Assembly: GCF_001194135.2 (NCBI RefSeq)
Contig: NC_068987.1
Location: forward strand, 24,298,581 to 24,362,580
Direction of reading: 5' to 3'
Length of the DNA stretch: 64,000 nucleotides
From: Octopus bimaculoides
Lineage: Eukaryota
The stretch's first letter is position 1; every line of letters starts with the position of its first letter. The notes beneath the pieces were generated by a model. The model saw nothing but the letters and a program-made list of their open reading frames with translations, was not told where the DNA came from and searched no databases. Positions 61,326 to 64,000 of this stretch are shown piece after piece. The position numbers were made by a program, and so were the translations under genes.

Positions 61326-61723
61326 ACATTGAGATAAAAATAATTCACTGAAGAAGATCGACTTTTGAAACTGTAGCTTCATCAAGCTGATATCAGCCTG
61401 TTTCAACAACTCTTATTTGAAAGGATGTAAAATATTTCTTTGGAATTGAGATTATTTGCAAGAATTCCTACATTGTGGGGAAATTTTGTGGAAACATTAA
61501 GTTTATCAGATTTACCACAAGGTTTCAACTGACTTATTCGTAAGGGCTTTAATGTCTGGGTATATCTTGTCAACTGAAGCTAGTTTAATGATCTTATAGC
61601 TGCTGATTATTAATTACAAAATTCTATCCTTTTAAATCCACTTTAAGTTACTTTGAACACCCAAGACATCTTCAGTCTTTAATAAAGATCATCTACGTGC
61701 TAAATATAGATTAAAGTGAAGTT

Positions 61724-62809
61724 ATGGATGAGAAAGCACAACCTGAAATTACTGATTCATCTATTCAAATAAAGGGAAATAGAAGGGAAAAATCATACCC
61801 TTGTGATGTATGTGGGGAGGTATACACAACAAGAAGTAATTTAATGCAACACAAATTAATCCATGCAACCTCCAAGGTGCACTACTGTGAAGTTTGTGGT
61901 AAAGGATTCACTCGCAACAGTTTATTGACTCGCCATAAGCATATACATACAAGAGAAAGGCCATACCACTGTGATATCTGTGGTGAAAAATTTTCTAGAA
62001 GTGCTCATTTGTCTAGACACAGGCATATTCACACAGGAGAAAAACCATATCCCTGTGATGTCTGTGGTAAAACATTCTCTCAAAGTGGTACACTATCCAC
62101 TCATAAACATATTCATACAGGAGAGAAACCATATCAGTGTGATATCTGTGATGACAGATTTTCTACAAGGGGTCAATTGTCTAACCACAAACGTATCCAC
62201 ACTGGAGAAAGACCCTACCAATGTGATATTTGTAGTAAAACATTTTCTAGAAGTGGTCATTTGTCTTCCCATAAACTTATCCACACAGGTGAAAGGCCAT
62301 ACCAATGTGATATCTGTGATAAAACATTTTCTCGAAGTGGTGATTTGTCTTCTCACAAACATATTCACTCAGGAGAAAGACCATACCACTGTGATATCTG
62401 TGGTACGACATTCTCTCAAAGTGGTAGTTTATCTCAGCACAAACGTATTCACACTGGAGAAAAGCCCTATCAGTGTGATATCTGTGATAAAACATTTTCA
62501 ACAAAGAGTCATTTATCTTCCCACATACGTACTCACACAGGAGAAAGGCCCTACCATTGTGATATCTGTGGTAAAACATTCACTCAAAGTGGTAGTTTAT
62601 CTCAGCACAAACCTATTCACACAGGAGAGAGACCATACAATTGTGATATTTGTGGCAAAACCTTTTCTACAACTCGTAATTTAACTCGACACAAACGTAT
62701 TCACACAGAAGAGAAAGCATACCACTGTGATATTTGTGATGAAGCATTTTCTACAAGAGGTCGTTTATCTTCCCACATACGTATTCATACAGGAGAAAGA
62801 CCATCATAG
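61724..62809 (+). CDS. C2H2 zinc-finger protein ZNF7 (361 aa, 12 fingers)
   Basis: Intact ORF; gaagttATGG start context. Confidence 0.94.
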   Translation: MDEKAQPEITDSSIQIKGNRREKSYPCDVCGEVYTTRSNLMQHKLIHATSKVHYCEVCGKGFTRNSLLTRHKHIHTRERPYHCDICGEKFSRSAHLSRHRHIHTGEKPYPCDVCGKTFSQSGTLSTHKHIHTGEKPYQCDICDDRFSTRGQLSNHKRIHTGERPYQCDICSKTFSRSGHLSSHKLIHTGERPYQCDICDKTFSRSGDLSSHKHIHSGERPYHCDICGTTFSQSGSLSQHKRIHTGEKPYQCDICDKTFSTKSHLSSHIRTHTGERPYHCDICGKTFTQSGSLSQHKPIHTGERPYNCDICGKTFSTTRNLTRHKRIHTEEKAYHCDICDEAFSTRGRLSSHIRIHTGERPS

Positions 62810-63033
62810 CACTGAGATTTCTGTTATAAAGCATTGTCACGAAGTAGTTTGTTTTGACACAAATATATTTTACAGAGGAGAAAGAAAGACCATACCCTTG
62901 TGATATCTGCAGTGAAACATTTTCTAGAAGTGGTAATTTTACTCAGTGTAAATATACTCGCACAGAAAGTAAACCATAGTTATATGTCTATGGTAGAATA
63001 TTTTCTATAAATAACAAAATATGTTATAATAAA
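62810..63033 (+). pseudogene. Decayed fingers in the ZNF7 3' UTR ending in AATAAA
   Basis: agaccatacccttgtgatatctgcagtgaaacattttctagaagtgg; AATAAA at 63028-63033. Confidence 0.7.
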
Positions 63034-64000
63034 TTGTATTTATTTAATACAACACTGACATACTTTTAATATCCTTTATTTCATACTGGCAATTTATCTT
63101 CAACCCCATTACATTCTTTATATACACTGTTTAACCAGTCGAATGTTTCATAGCTATTGTTACTCTTAACTACTCCTGTACACCAAAACTATTTGATGTC
63201 GCAGTCCTCCGTCAGCCTGAAAGAATACCCCTACCTAATTTGTTTACCTTCATTTCTACACACTTTTTGTATGTTGAACATGTTAATATCCAGCACATTA
63301 TAGCCTATTCCTTGAAGTTTGAACCCTTTCTGCATCTCTCTTGACATAAAACATATCAGTATATTAGAAAATGGTAAAGGCAAATTTAGTATTTACCATC
63401 AAGAAAAGAAATGTCAGTAGCTTGAAGATATAAGAAATGGGTTATGGTATTGTAGAAAGAATTGTGACAGACCAAGAATTATTTGAATGGACAGCATCAA
63501 CGAAGGGATCGAGTTACACAGTAATGTTAGTGTAAGAATGGTATGGCATGAGATGAGACAGAATGGATATCTTTGATAGTTGATATACTATGACCATATG
63601 ACACTTAATGAATAAATGAAATTTAATGATGACAAATAATTAATATCAATATAATTGTTGAGTAACATTAATGGAGTCAGCTAAGTTGCAGAGGTAGCAA
63701 ACAAGATTGTTAGGAGGACCACATCTCTGGTTGTACGGGGTACAATGCAGGACATCTTTTTGCTGTGGCACTGTTAATGTTCTTGTGCAGTCAAGAACTT
63801 GTGTATTGTTGTATGTGAAGAACTTATTGTAGGTCATCATGATGTTATCTGTAGATGATTTTATACGTACATTGTAAGGTGATATAAATTGTACATGTAT
63901 AAATTGAAAATTGTAGCAAATAACATTGAAAGAAGACCTTTAACATAATATCTATAACTATTTATTTTGTTAAATCACTAGAATCATCATCATTTAATGT

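Overview
AT-rich animal genomic DNA with several assembly gaps. Repeat content and gene family point to a coleoid cephalopod, most likely Octopus (inference from recalled repeat families, not a search). The window is a tandem cluster of seven C2H2 zinc-finger genes: ZNF1 <1-930, ZNF2 10855-12048, ZNF3 19826-20803, ZNF4 32528-33190, ZNF5 40067-41068, ZNF6 48299-47016 on the minus strand, ZNF7 61724-62809. No KRAB, SCAN or BTB domain is recognisable. The spacers are full of decayed transposons: RTE LINE 3' ends with (GAT)n tails, two tRNA-derived SINE families, Tx1/L1, Gypsy, Tc1, mariner, a pogo element and several MITEs. Comparing paralogues by eye shows a repeated gene cassette the ORF track does not show: a promoter block (CTCT..TGATTAGAGG then ACTTCCGG), a short non-coding exon 1 with a conserved donor, a TE-filled intron, a conserved TTTCAG|G acceptor 300-600 nt before the ATG, one coding exon, and decayed fingers in the 3' UTR. 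Other highlights: a head-to-head ZNF6/ZNF7 promoter pair with a palindromic MITE at its centre, a promoter motif amplified as a 39-bp minisatellite, a MITE carrying telomere repeats with an 8-bp TSD, an RTE inserted into a tRNA-like gene, and an internally inverted Gypsy pol. Splice sites and promoters are predictions from conservation, without transcript evidence.
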